Virus record (IMG/VR): IMGVR_UViG_3300033076_001223
Span: 1-55,749 of that record
DNA length: 55,749 nucleotides
Source of the DNA: a virus
Lineage: Duplodnaviria; Caudoviricetes
Reading direction: 5' to 3' (one strand)
The notes under the pieces were generated by a model that worked only from the letters and a program-made list of their open reading frames with translations, did no database searches and had not been told where the DNA came from. The position numbers were made by a program, and so were the translations under genes. This document shows, one piece after another, positions 47,797 to 55,749 of the stretch (positions within the stretch are counted from its first letter, which is position 1; each line of letters opens with the position of its first letter).

Positions 47797-48975
47797 TCAG
47801 TCTGCAGTTAATCTGCGGAGAACATCCTCCGCAGAGTTCGAGGCGGGCATTTCCGGCCGCCTATCAGTGGCGGGTGCCACCGATGGTTTGCCCTCGGCGC
47901 GGGAGGTCAGAGCCTCGATCTTCTCCCAGCGCCCGGGGTTATTCTTCAAGAGCTTCTCGGCCTTGGTGGGCGAGATCAGCTTGAAATCATACATCTCGTC
48001 CTTCTTGAAGCGGAAGCTCTTAAATAGCTTCTCCACCGCCTCCTCGTCGGTCCATGCGCGATTGCCGCGCCTGCCCTCGACCAGCTTGAAGCCCGCCACC
48101 GGCTCTCCCGCCAGCAGGCGGCGCTCCACCTCGGCGCGGATCGCCTTGCACCACTGCTCGACCAGCTCAACGCGCTCCATGGCGCGAGACAGCTCGTCCT
48201 CTGCGGCCACGGCCAGATCCGCGAAGTCGCTCGGGCTGGCAACGCCGCCCACGGTGTTGCTGATCTCGGCCTGCAGCGCAGGGCACGTCGCCTTGGCCTT
48301 ACAAAAGCGGCACTGCTTCTCGCCCGGCTCCAGACGCGGGTTGCTGTGATCCAGCGCCTCGATGGCCGCAAGGCGCGCGTTCTCGCGGAACTCCTCCAGC
48401 TTAACGGCCGGCACAGACCACTCACTGACGTGGTTCAGGCGCGGCTGATGCACGACCATGACGATCTCACCAAAGTCGCCCATCATGCCGTAGTCGTGCA
48501 GGGCGCCCAGCGCGTAGAGCTGGAGCTGCTCGTTCTCGGTGGCATCTACCTTCACGCCCATGCCGTACTTCAGGTCGATGACGGTGATGCGATCCGGGTG
48601 GATGATGATGGCGTCGGACGTGCCCGTGCCCGTGCTATTCGGCGCGCCTATGGCCTCGCTGAAGTCCACGCGGCGCTCGACCAGAAGCTGGCCGCCCTCG
48701 GCGTACTCGCGCACCAGCTTGCAGTAGTCGTTCACGTGATGCGCCATATCCGCCGTGACAGTGATCGTGAAGCCGTCGATCTCCATGGTATCGCCGATCA
48801 CCGCTTCGGCGTTGGCGCCCAGCTCGAGGCACTTCGACGCCAGCTCATGCGCCGCCGTACCCTCGGCGGCGTACTTGCTGGGCGTGTCGGGCAGGCCGCT
48901 CTCGGCGGCAATGCTGCCGGGGCAGCGCATCCAGCGATGCGCGCCCGACGGCGACAGGACAGAGTGCTGTGCCAC
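47797..48975 (-). CDS. DUF2800 Cas4-like PD-(D/E)xK exonuclease
   Basis: LSPS.A.RW..CPGS, EGT.AH, GT.D, DLKYG, QL.LYALG, C.FC.....C. Confidence 0.92.
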   Translation of the reverse strand: MAQHSVLSPSGAHRWMRCPGSIAAESGLPDTPSKYAAEGTAAHELASKCLELGANAEAVIGDTMEIDGFTITVTADMAHHVNDYCKLVREYAEGGQLLVERRVDFSEAIGAPNSTGTGTSDAIIIHPDRITVIDLKYGMGVKVDATENEQLQLYALGALHDYGMMGDFGEIVMVVHQPRLNHVSEWSVPAVKLEEFRENARLAAIEALDHSNPRLEPGEKQCRFCKAKATCPALQAEISNTVGGVASPSDFADLAVAAEDELSRAMERVELVEQWCKAIRAEVERRLLAGEPVAGFKLVEGRRGNRAWTDEEAVEKLFKSFRFKKDEMYDFKLISPTKAEKLLKNNPGRWEKIEALTSRAEGKPSVAPATDRRPEMPASNSAEDVLRRLTAD

Positions 48976-49416
48976 TTAATCCTCCATCGCCGCGTTCACG
49001 GCGTCCATCAGGCTGGGATAGTGTGACGCGTCGAGCTGCGACGCGCGCGTGACGTTGTACTTGGCGAGCAACTCCTTCACAGCGTCACGGCCGCACTTGC
49101 CGACCATCTCCAGAACGCGCGGCGCGACTTCGCTGTTGTAATCATAGACGCGTGAAGAGCCCGTCTCCTTGGCCCATCCATTGTCCACCTCGCGGGGCGC
49201 TGTTCCGTCTACGGGCGCAACAGGCTCGTCCTTGACTTCAGGCTGGGGTTCAGGCTGGGGCGGCGGTGCTGCGACTTTGGATGCCGCGACTTCGGCGGCC
49301 TCGATGCGTGGCACGTCAAACGTGCTGGGCAATCCCTTGAGCTGTGACGCCAAGGCGGCGAGCTTGCCCGACAGCTCGTGAATAGTGGGCGCAGTAATTT
49401 CTACGCGGTACGTCAT
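48976..49416 (-). CDS. Conserved replication-module protein preceding DUF2800
   Basis: AAGGGACAACC leader; C-terminal G.DAVK.LL.KY......L....Y. Confidence 0.75.
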   Translation of the reverse strand: MTYRVEITAPTIHELSGKLAALASQLKGLPSTFDVPRIEAAEVAASKVAAPPPQPEPQPEVKDEPVAPVDGTAPREVDNGWAKETGSSRVYDYNSEVAPRVLEMVGKCGRDAVKELLAKYNVTRASQLDASHYPSLMDAVNAAMED

Positions 49417-49442
49417 TTCGGTTGTCCCTTTTCGTTTACAGT

Positions 49443-49664
49443 TTAATGCTTCTTGGTTCTCAGCTCTTCCAGCTCTTCCTGCAGGCTGTTCATCTCGCGC
49501 CGCAACTCGTCTATAAGTTCCTGCTGATCGGCCAGTTGCTCGTCCAGAGAGATGGCGTCCTCCAGACGTTCGGCGAGAACAATGCACAGCTCGTGGGCGC
49601 TGCTCTTGCCCTCTTCGATCAAATAAATGTCGTCCATCTGACGGTAATACGTCCGGTCTTTCAT
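49443..49664 (-). CDS. Small coiled-coil protein
   Basis: AAGGAG RBS. Confidence 0.7.
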   Translation of the reverse strand: MKDRTYYRQMDDIYLIEEGKSSAHELCIVLAERLEDAISLDEQLADQQELIDELRREMNSLQEELEELRTKKH

Positions 49665-49687
49665 GTGCTTTGCTCCTTGTAGAAAAC

Positions 49688-49716
49688 CCCATACACGCAA
49701 AGAAACGCCTTTGCAA
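49688..49716 (-). promoter_or_regulatory. Promoter of the replication operon
   Basis: TTGCAA-N17-TATGGG. Confidence 0.55.
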
Positions 49717-49720
49717 GCAT

Positions 49721-51805
49721 CTATTTGCAGAATGCCACGCGGCCGTGCTCAATCATCAGAGGCGCGTCCGCGCCCTTGGTTAGACCCTTCAGAGCGCGGT
49801 GTATCGCCTGACGGCGCGTGTCGCGCTTGCCATCTTCCGGCTGCGGCATGCCCTCGACGCAGAGGTTCACGAACTTGTCCAGAGACATAGTCGTGACGCG
49901 GCTGTCGACCAGCTCGATGGTGTCGAGGATATGCGCCTCGACGCGGCCGATCTTCTTGGCGCCCTTGCGGTCCTTGTCACTGGCCGCAGCGGCGGGCGCA
50001 TCAGTCTCGATCACGACGCAGGACGTGATGACGTCACCGTCGCCGTCGATGCCCACGTCGACGATGTCCAGCTTGAAGCCCCAGCGCAGGTTGTCGTCGC
50101 CGTCCTTCATCTTGCTCGTGCGCATCTCGCGCACTGGGTTCTCCTCCTCCTCGCGGCTGATCTCGATCTCGACGTCGGCGGCGGCCTTGATGCCGCTCCA
50201 ACCGCGCGCGCCCTTGCTGACGTCCTTGCCCGCGTGGTGGATCAGCAGGCACATGGCTCCAGTCGCCTCGCGCAGGCCGCGCGCATTCTTGAGCGCCAAG
50301 CCCATGTCCTCGCCCGCGTTCTCGTTCGCGCCCGGCGTCACCTGCGCGAAGGTGTCCACGATCAGAAGCGACGCGCCGCCCGCGGCGACGATCGCGGCCA
50401 CCACTTCGGAGATGTCGTCGGCCTCGAGGAAGTTGGGCGCGGCCGTGATGACGCCGATGTTCAGATCGCGCGGGTCGATGTTGTGCTGCTGGCAGTAGGC
50501 CTTCAGGCGCTTGCCGTATCCCCCGCCGCCTTCCGCCGCGATCACGATCACGCGCCCCTGCCTGACGCGCCTGCCCCGCCAATCCACACCGCGAGCAATC
50601 GCCCCGGCCATGTCGAGAGCCGCGAAGCTCTTGCCGGATCCGCTGGCGCCAAACAGGACGCCTAGATCCGCGTCCGGGAGGACGCCCTTTATCAGCCAGC
50701 CCACAGGAGGGCGCTGGGCGAGGTTCTCGGCGCTGTAGACCCGGAAGCGACCAGAGAAACCCTCGGGCGTGCAGACCCCCTCGGACGGAGGCAGCTCGGC
50801 GATTTGTTCAGCGATATCGGCGGCGACGGCTTTAAGGTCTTCGGCCGCGGCCGCCAGCGTAGGGCGCGGCAGGGGCACGCCCGCCGCCTTCGCCATCTTG
50901 AGCACCGACGCCATCGTGATCTGCCGGCGGCCGGGGCCCATGCGCCGGGTGAAGCTCTCCCACTGGGCGCGCAGGGCCTCCTCCGAGGGGTACTTGCCCC
51001 CGCCCTCGCTCCACTCGTTCCACAGGTCGAAGCCAGTATCGTCGCCCTCGCACTCATGGTGCAGGGCCATGCCGACCCGGATCCAGTCATCGCGCCCCAT
51101 ATCCGGGTCGAGGCCCGCCAGCAGGGTCTGCATCTGCTCGACGCTCAGGCCGATCTGGGGTTCAAGGCCCGCGAAAGGGTCGTCGTTGTCTACCGCAGGC
51201 GCCGGGCTGCTGCGCCCGAAGCGCGCCTCACACAGGCTGCGCACAGCATCGTCAGCCTCGGCGATCGTGTTCTCGAGGCCGAGCAAGTCAACGTGTGGCA
51301 GCAGATTGCCGGTGAAGGTCACGAACCCGTTGCTAGAAAAAGTCTCGAAGCCGTAGCGCCCCGGCTCGGCGGCGCTCTTGTGATTGCCCAGCGCGCCGCG
51401 CACGAAGGCGCGCACGCCGATGCCGCTGGGGCTGAACTCACTGTATGTGCGCCCGACGATCGCCATGATCTCGGGCGGCATGTCGCGCATGCCCTCGGTG
51501 CCGATGCACTTGTCGAAGTCCAGCGCGGTGATGCCCCACTCGGGCAGCATGGCGAGGCCCACGCCGTCGAAGCCGCGCCGGGCGGCGGCGGCCGTTGCGG
51601 CGGCAAAAGACGTTAACTTGGCGCGATCTGTGGCGCTGCCTTGCTGGCCGTGCCTGCGCCCGCCGTCGGTGTAATACGGTACCTTGAGCTGCTTGCCAGT
51701 GCCCGACGCCTCGTAGCGCCAGATCAACCAGCCGGGCAACTCGCGCAAGGCGGCAGGCGCCACGAGATCGCGGTGCTGCGGCGCGATTGCGCTCACATTC
51801 GACAT
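49721..51805 (-). CDS. Primase-polymerase + PriCT-2 + RecA-like (AAA_25) helicase
   Basis: KVPY, DFDKC, E.SPSG.G; W..VGMAL..E..W..WS..KY; GASGSGKS, IVDT, HH.GK, RG.S. Confidence 0.9.
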   Translation of the reverse strand: MSNVSAIAPQHRDLVAPAALRELPGWLIWRYEASGTGKQLKVPYYTDGGRRHGQQGSATDRAKLTSFAAATAAAARRGFDGVGLAMLPEWGITALDFDKCIGTEGMRDMPPEIMAIVGRTYSEFSPSGIGVRAFVRGALGNHKSAAEPGRYGFETFSSNGFVTFTGNLLPHVDLLGLENTIAEADDAVRSLCEARFGRSSPAPAVDNDDPFAGLEPQIGLSVEQMQTLLAGLDPDMGRDDWIRVGMALHHECEGDDTGFDLWNEWSEGGGKYPSEEALRAQWESFTRRMGPGRRQITMASVLKMAKAAGVPLPRPTLAAAAEDLKAVAADIAEQIAELPPSEGVCTPEGFSGRFRVYSAENLAQRPPVGWLIKGVLPDADLGVLFGASGSGKSFAALDMAGAIARGVDWRGRRVRQGRVIVIAAEGGGGYGKRLKAYCQQHNIDPRDLNIGVITAAPNFLEADDISEVVAAIVAAGGASLLIVDTFAQVTPGANENAGEDMGLALKNARGLREATGAMCLLIHHAGKDVSKGARGWSGIKAAADVEIEISREEEENPVREMRTSKMKDGDDNLRWGFKLDIVDVGIDGDGDVITSCVVIETDAPAAAASDKDRKGAKKIGRVEAHILDTIELVDSRVTTMSLDKFVNLCVEGMPQPEDGKRDTRRQAIHRALKGLTKGADAPLMIEHGRVAFCK

Positions 51806-51845
51806 GTGTCCCTCCCCGTCTGCCATGTCCCGTGGCCTGTACGCT

Positions 51846-52049
51846 TTAAGAAATGAGCTTGGCGATCTTCGGATTTACCAGCTTCGATAGCGGGATCTTA
51901 AAGCGCTCTTTTAGCTGCAGCGCGCGCTCGGGCGGAACCCAGCCACGCCTTCTCCACTCATACACAACTTGGTGCGAAACCTTGAGCAGCTTGGCCAGCG
52001 CGAGAGGGCCGCCTGCCGCTTCAATGGCGCGGTCGATACCAGATGACAA
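51846..52049 (-). CDS. Cro/YdaS-like HTH regulator
   Basis: AIEAAGG..ALAK.L.VS.Q.V..W...G.VP. Confidence 0.85.
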   Translation of the reverse strand: MSSGIDRAIEAAGGPLALAKLLKVSHQVVYEWRRRGWVPPERALQLKERFKIPLSKLVNPKIAKLIS

Positions 52050-52068
52050 TATGTGCTCCGTGTGATTT

Positions 52069-52110
52069 GTGCCCGGCGCGGAGAATAGGCACGACGCGCC
52101 GGGCAATGCA
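52069..52110 (-). promoter_or_regulatory. Putative cro promoter with 11-bp inverted repeat
   Basis: TTGCAT-N18-TATTCT; TGCCCGGCGCG...CGCGCCGGGCA flanks the -10. Confidence 0.45.
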
Positions 52111-52125
52111 ACCTACCAGTAGCGT

Positions 52126-52353
52126 CTACCGCCGTCTACGCGGAGACTTTTTGCTTTTGACCTTCGGCTTTTTAACCCGCGCGCGAAAAGGCTTGGGTAC
52201 CTGTGGGATCTCCGGCGTGATTGGCTCTGCCAGCGCGATCTCTTCGCTGCGCCGCGACTTGCGCCACAAGTCGTAGGCCACGAAGAGCACAAGAAGCCCC
52301 ACGCCTAGGCCTGCGCCCAACAGAAGGTGGCCGAAGCCGATGATGTCAAACAT
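52126..52353 (-). CDS. Small membrane protein with basic tail
   Basis: N-terminal TM. Confidence 0.6.
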   Translation of the reverse strand: MFDIIGFGHLLLGAGLGVGLLVLFVAYDLWRKSRRSEEIALAEPITPEIPQVPKPFRARVKKPKVKSKKSPRRRR

Positions 52354-52708
52354 GACGCTTTCCTCTCTTGTTCTCTGGCAACACCACCTCGGGCATAGGC
52401 ACCGGCTGGCCCAGTTTTTCCAGCATCGCGCGCAGTTCGCGGTTCTGCAAGAATAGCGCGCGGGCAACGCTCTCCCAGTTCGGCGCGCCTTCCGAGGGGA
52501 ACAGCACCGTGATACTGCGCGCCCGGCGCGGCATGTACTCGATATGCCCCCGTTCCTTCAGCGTCGTGAGGTAGCGCGAGACGCTGGCTTTGGAGCGCAG
52601 GGAAAGGGCGTTCTGGATGTCGAGATAGGACGGCGAGACGCCATGCTGCGTGATGAACGTATCGACAAAGTCCAGCAGCTTGCGCTGGTTCGGGGACAGG
52701 CCGCTCAT
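52346..52708 (-). CDS. LexA-type winged-helix DNA-binding protein without protease domain
   Basis: LSPNQ..LL.F......G.SPS..DI..AL.LRSK..V...L..L.ERG.I...PRRARSI. Confidence 0.85.
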   Translation of the reverse strand: MSGLSPNQRKLLDFVDTFITQHGVSPSYLDIQNALSLRSKASVSRYLTTLKERGHIEYMPRRARSITVLFPSEGAPNWESVARALFLQNRELRAMLEKLGQPVPMPEVVLPENKRGKRHV

Positions 52709-52977
52709 GGTTTTGCCGCCTGACACTCGCGCAGCACGGCAGCGTAGCCCGCGATGTCGAGGGCGCTGTCGGCGTGATCTGGCGTCACCAGCAGGCGCGC
52801 AACCTTGAGCTGGATCAGACAAAGCGCGACCTGCTCGGGTGTTACGCTCGCGCCTAGCACGGTCGACCAGAGCTGCGCTGTGCGCTCCATGTTGGCGCGC
52901 ATGTCGCCATATACACGCCCGCGCTCGGCGACTGTGCGCGCTGCGTCTAGCAGCATGTCGGATCCGGGGCTGTTCAT
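52705..52977 (-). CDS. DUF6378-like (dATP/dGTP diphosphohydrolase-related) protein
   Basis: R...YG....N..R.A.LWS..L...V....VA.C...LK.AR...H.DS..D.AGYA. Confidence 0.85.
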   Translation of the reverse strand: MNSPGSDMLLDAARTVAERGRVYGDMRANMERTAQLWSTVLGASVTPEQVALCLIQLKVARLLVTPDHADSALDIAGYAAVLRECQAAKP

Positions 52978-53174
52978 TTAACGACCCGTATGTTCTTGGC
53001 AGGCGTCTCGCCGTGTTGGCGATACGGCCAGCCGTTGCTGCTCTTGGGAAAGGGTTGCGGGTAGCGCTGCAGCCAGATCAGGTCGAGGTACTCGCTCTCG
53101 CTGCTATCCGCGCGCAGCTCCTGTAAAATCTGCCGGGCGTCTTTGTCGAAGTGCCTCATGTTCGTGATCCTCAT
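52974..53174 (-). CDS. Hypothetical protein
   Basis: Coupled overlaps with neighbours. Confidence 0.5.
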   Translation of the reverse strand: MRITNMRHFDKDARQILQELRADSSESEYLDLIWLQRYPQPFPKSSNGWPYRQHGETPAKNIRVVK

Positions 53175-53386
53175 TGCTGCGGCTCGTCCAGCGCAACGCG
53201 CGCCAGCTCGGGCCCCCAGATTTGATCGATGCGACGGCGGCTCATGCCGCGCGAGGCGCTGTAGCGTATGAGCGAGATCGTCTTGCCGCGTCCGGCGCGC
53301 AACGATGCCGATCGTTCTTGGCTGGACAGAACACTGGCCAGCAGCTCTTTTCGCCCCTCGTTCGGGTTTGGCTTGCTAATGGTCAC
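53171..53386 (-). CDS. Hypothetical protein
   Basis: GTG start overlapping upstream stop. Confidence 0.55.
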   Translation of the reverse strand: MTISKPNPNEGRKELLASVLSSQERSASLRAGRGKTISLIRYSASRGMSRRRIDQIWGPELARVALDEPQQ

Positions 53387-53532
53387 AGCAGCAGCCACCA
53401 GACAATGGCCGCCGCGCCGCCGACAACAAGCGAAAACGACGTCAGCAGAATGGCGCTCACGGCGAGCTTTTCCTTCCAAGTCAGCGGCTCGTAATCAAAG
53501 TCGTCGTATTCGTCGTATTCATAACCCGTCAT
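53383..53532 (-). CDS. Small membrane peptide (49 aa)
   Basis: MTGYEYDEYDDFDYEPLTWKEK followed by a TM; GGAG RBS. Confidence 0.55.
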   Translation of the reverse strand: MTGYEYDEYDDFDYEPLTWKEKLAVSAILLTSFSLVVGGAAAIVWWLLL

Positions 53533-54056
53533 CGTGCTGCTCTCCCTTTTTTGTTGGTCTCTTCCGCTGCTCCGCGCAGCTTTGTGTAGGCTACGTCCAT
53601 GTGCGCCTCGCAGTACGGCGCGGGACGCTTGGCGTTCTTGCCGCAGAAATAATACTCGCCGCCCAGCGCATTGTTGAGGGGCCAGCGGCAGTGGTGATCG
53701 CGCAGGTCCATGATGCGCAACAGGCCCGGCGTGCTGGGATCCACGGCGTCGTAGTCCGTGAGCTTGATCTCGGCTGGCGGTATGGGAACAGTCGGCGCAG
53801 AAGCCGACGGCCCGAAGCCCAGCCTATGATTGCGTCGGGCCATGACGGCCTCGGCGGTCTTGCGCGGCACCGGCTTGCTGTCGCCGCTCGCGATCTTCTC
53901 TCCCGCCTGCCGCAGGCGCAGGGCTTTGCCCAGCACGGCATTGCGCGTGATGCCGTGGCCCAGCTTGACGGCAACCTCTCGCGCCGACAGGCCGCTTTTC
54001 AAGAGCGCCTTGAGCTTGCGCACGAGGTCGGCGGTCCAGATGTCGCGGCGGTTCAT
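53529..54056 (-). CDS. gcrA: GcrA cell-cycle regulator homolog
   Basis: WT....KL......G.SA..VA..LG..TRNAV.GK..RL and L....CRWP.....FCG......YC..H...AY. Confidence 0.93.
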   Translation of the reverse strand: MNRRDIWTADLVRKLKALLKSGLSAREVAVKLGHGITRNAVLGKALRLRQAGEKIASGDSKPVPRKTAEAVMARRNHRLGFGPSASAPTVPIPPAEIKLTDYDAVDPSTPGLLRIMDLRDHHCRWPLNNALGGEYYFCGKNAKRPAPYCEAHMDVAYTKLRGAAEETNKKGRAAR

Positions 54057-54250
54057 GACGCCACCCCGGCCAGCAAGAGCAGCTCGCGCAAGATGACCGC
54101 GCCGGCGAAGCCTGCGGCTATGACAGCGCTCAGAAGTAGAATGCCCGCAAGCATCGTCAGGGCCGCCTGCACCGGGCGCTTGGGCGCGGCGGGCTCGTAC
54201 ACGCGCTCATGGCGCGGCCTGCGCCCAAAGTTTCGGTGCGCTCCGTTCAT
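54053..54250 (-). CDS. Small membrane protein
   Basis: C-terminal TM; ATGA overlaps. Confidence 0.5.
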   Translation of the reverse strand: MNGAHRNFGRRPRHERVYEPAAPKRPVQAALTMLAGILLLSAVIAAGFAGAVILRELLLLAGVAS

Positions 54251-54345
54251 CGCGTGAACACCCACAGGAACACGCCCGCGAGCGCGGCCCAGATTAGCAT
54301 GGAGCCCAGCAGGACGCCGGCGCACCCCTGATCGACACCCCTCAT
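54247..54345 (-). CDS. Small membrane peptide
   Basis: MRGVDQGCAGVLLGSMLIWAALAGVFLWVFTR. Confidence 0.5.
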   Translation of the reverse strand: MRGVDQGCAGVLLGSMLIWAALAGVFLWVFTR

Positions 54346-54581
54346 GACCTCATCTCCTCGTTGTTGCGGCGGACGCACTCGCGCTGCAGCTCGAGTGTAG
54401 ACATGACGTGCGGGTCTCTCACGGCGATTTCGGCGAGCATGCCCTTGAGGTAATCGAATTGCAGGCCGGTGATGCACGGGTGGCTGCTCGGCCACGCCAT
54501 GGTCAGAATGTCGGCTATCAAGGCGTGCGCGCGATCGCGCACGTCGGGCATGTCGTTGTCGTTGACGGGCTCTACGTGCAT
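54342..54581 (-). CDS. Hypothetical protein with poly-G leader
   Basis: ATG preceded by G13-AACC. Confidence 0.55.
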   Translation of the reverse strand: MHVEPVNDNDMPDVRDRAHALIADILTMAWPSSHPCITGLQFDYLKGMLAEIAVRDPHVMSTLELQRECVRRNNEEMRS

Positions 54582-54612
54582 GGTTCCCCCCCCCCCCCAG
54601 TATGTGCTTCGT

Positions 54613-54641
54613 ACCCTGCGCCCGAGGGCGCAGGGTTGCAA
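54613..54641 (-). promoter_or_regulatory. Promoter-like element / hairpin
   Basis: TTGCAA-N17-CAGGGT overlapping ACCCTGCGCCC-N2-GGGCGCAGGGT. Confidence 0.5.
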
Positions 54642-54650
54642 GCGAATTGT

Positions 54651-54956
54651 TTAACGATCCGTGACGGTCAGGCGAACGCTGGCGGCGCTGACCTTGGTGT
54701 GTTTTGAAAACCAGCGGCCGTCGATGCCCAGCTCTTCGAGCTTGGCCTGCAGGGCCTTGGGATCGACGCTCTCGCGGCCGGGGATCTCGGCGACGGTGGC
54801 GCTAAACAGCTCGCCCTCGTGGCGGCCGGCGCCCCAGCCCTTGATCTCGTCGGACAGGATCTTGGCCTTCTCCTGCAGGTCGGCGATCTGGGCGTTGATC
54901 TGGCCCAGCCGATCGACGTGGGAAGTGGCGGAAATTTTACGTGCTGCGATGCTCAT
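54651..54956 (-). CDS. Early coiled-coil protein
   Basis: AAGGGACAACC leader; DRLG.I.AQIA.L. Confidence 0.75.
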   Translation of the reverse strand: MSIAARKISATSHVDRLGQINAQIADLQEKAKILSDEIKGWGAGRHEGELFSATVAEIPGRESVDPKALQAKLEELGIDGRWFSKHTKVSAASVRLTVTDR

Positions 54957-54982
54957 GGTGGTTGTCCCTTTGTGATTGACGG

Positions 54983-55156
54983 TTAGGCGGAGATGAGGCC
55001 CTGTTCGACCAGATGCTGGGCGGTGCGGCCGAAGAAGCCCTGAAGCTGATAGGCTAGGCCGGTATTGTGCAGGTGCTGCCACGCCTCGAGGATCTGCTCC
55101 TCGCTCTCGGCCTCGATGAAGCCCTCGGCCAGTCCGACTGCAGTGAAATTGTCCAT
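54983..55156 (-). CDS. Conserved small phage protein (DUF7417-like)
   Basis: AWQ.L..TG.A..LQG.FGRTA..L.E.G; below track cutoff. Confidence 0.75.
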   Translation of the reverse strand: MDNFTAVGLAEGFIEAESEEQILEAWQHLHNTGLAYQLQGFFGRTAQHLVEQGLISA

Positions 55157-55182
55157 GGTGATTGTCCCTTTTCGGTTGGTGA

Positions 55183-55341
55183 TCAGTGAAGCGTTTCGTG
55201 GCGGCGCAGGACGGCTGCGGCGGCCTCGTCGATGACGCGCAGCACCTCGTCGGTGCTGACGCCGTAGGTCTTGGCGACGTCCTCCAGAGCCCGCTGGGCG
55301 GGCGCTGAGAGGCGCTTGGGGCGGCGGGTGGTGCTGCGCAT
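55183..55341 (-). CDS. Small hypothetical protein (52 aa)
   Basis: MRSTTRRPKRLS...; fills gap. Confidence 0.55.
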   Translation of the reverse strand: MRSTTRRPKRLSAPAQRALEDVAKTYGVSTDEVLRVIDEAAAAVLRRHETLH

Positions 55342-55342
55342 G

Positions 55343-55576
55343 TTACCAAGCCTTCTTGTCGCCAGAGGCCTCGTTGTCGGCCCAACCAGCGGCGTAGGCG
55401 GCCAGCTCGACGGGGGTCATGCCCTCGGCGCCGATGCGCAGGCCCTTGCCCGTGCCGCCCGTCCAGTAGTGCGGCTCGAAGGGGCGGCCGTAGTAGTTGT
55501 CGGCGCTGCCACGGTCGAAGGGGCCGCCGTGGCGGGCGTCAATGGCGGCGGGGTGGATGGTCAAGGTGGCGGTCAT
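55343..55576 (-). CDS. Conserved early phage protein (HGGPFDRGSAD.YYGR type)
   Basis: AAGGGACAACC leader and own promoter; 5' part duplicated at 1-101. Confidence 0.8.
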   Translation of the reverse strand: MTATLTIHPAAIDARHGGPFDRGSADNYYGRPFEPHYWTGGTGKGLRIGAEGMTPVELAAYAAGWADNEASGDKKAW

Positions 55577-55749
55577 GTCGGTTGTCCCTTGGTTTCAAAT
55601 CAGTGAACTAAGGATAGGCCTGCAATCGGACAGTTGCAATAGGGTACATGCAAAAAAGTGCAAGTTAGCCCAACTATTTTATAAGTCACTGATTTCCTTG
55701 GTTTTCTTCCGACCAGCGCCGGGCCAGATCCTTGGCGTTTTCGAGCTTG
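55476..55749. repeat. Terminal overlap, right copy
   Basis: Matches 1-274 with 10 SNPs. Confidence 0.95.

Noticed and set aside
47797-48975. Cas4-like nuclease as evidence of CRISPR-Cas
   Set aside because: Standard DUF2800-DUF2815-PolA replication context; no array or other cas genes
55476-55749. True direct terminal repeat
   Set aside because: Copies differ at 10 sites, start mid-gene and end in a 77-nt exact match; the Sf6-like TerS suggests headful, permuted packaging

Overview
This window appears to be the essentially complete (~55.5 kb) genome of a GC-rich tailed phage, probably a podovirus, of an alphaproteobacterial host. The host call rests on its GcrA, GapR and alpha-type LexA DNA-binding domain genes and a strong avoidance of GANTC. 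The first and last 274 nt overlap with 10 SNPs, which looks like circular assembly closed across a strain bubble. The plus strand (7.4-43.0 kb) is the late module: AP2 protein, TerS/TerL, portal, GroES, scaffold, Mu-gpT-type capsid, small basic core proteins, a collagen-like fibre, an S74-chaperoned tail fibre, a GT2-TPR glycosyltransferase, holin/HNH/lysozyme, adaptor, nozzle and ejection proteins. The minus strand (43.0-55.7 kb continuing through 1-7.05 kb) carries an APSE-like replication module (SNF2 helicase, VRR-NUC, PolA, GapR, DUF2815 SSB, DUF2800, primase-helicase), regulators and about 35 small early genes. I found no integrase, RNA polymerase, reverse transcriptase, tRNA or CRISPR array. 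The best leads are four. (1) A structured polA leader has a loop complementary to its own RBS and to a GGGACAACC leader shared by several early genes. (2) An xxxGG motif punctuates several virion proteins like a polyprotein cleavage or packaging signal. (3) A probably ejected glycosylase-like effector has an unannotated convergent 57-aa ORF as a candidate antidote. (4) A Thr-rich collagen fibre co-occurs with a GT2-TPR enzyme, suggesting virion glycosylation. All family names come from motif recognition by eye; no searches were run.
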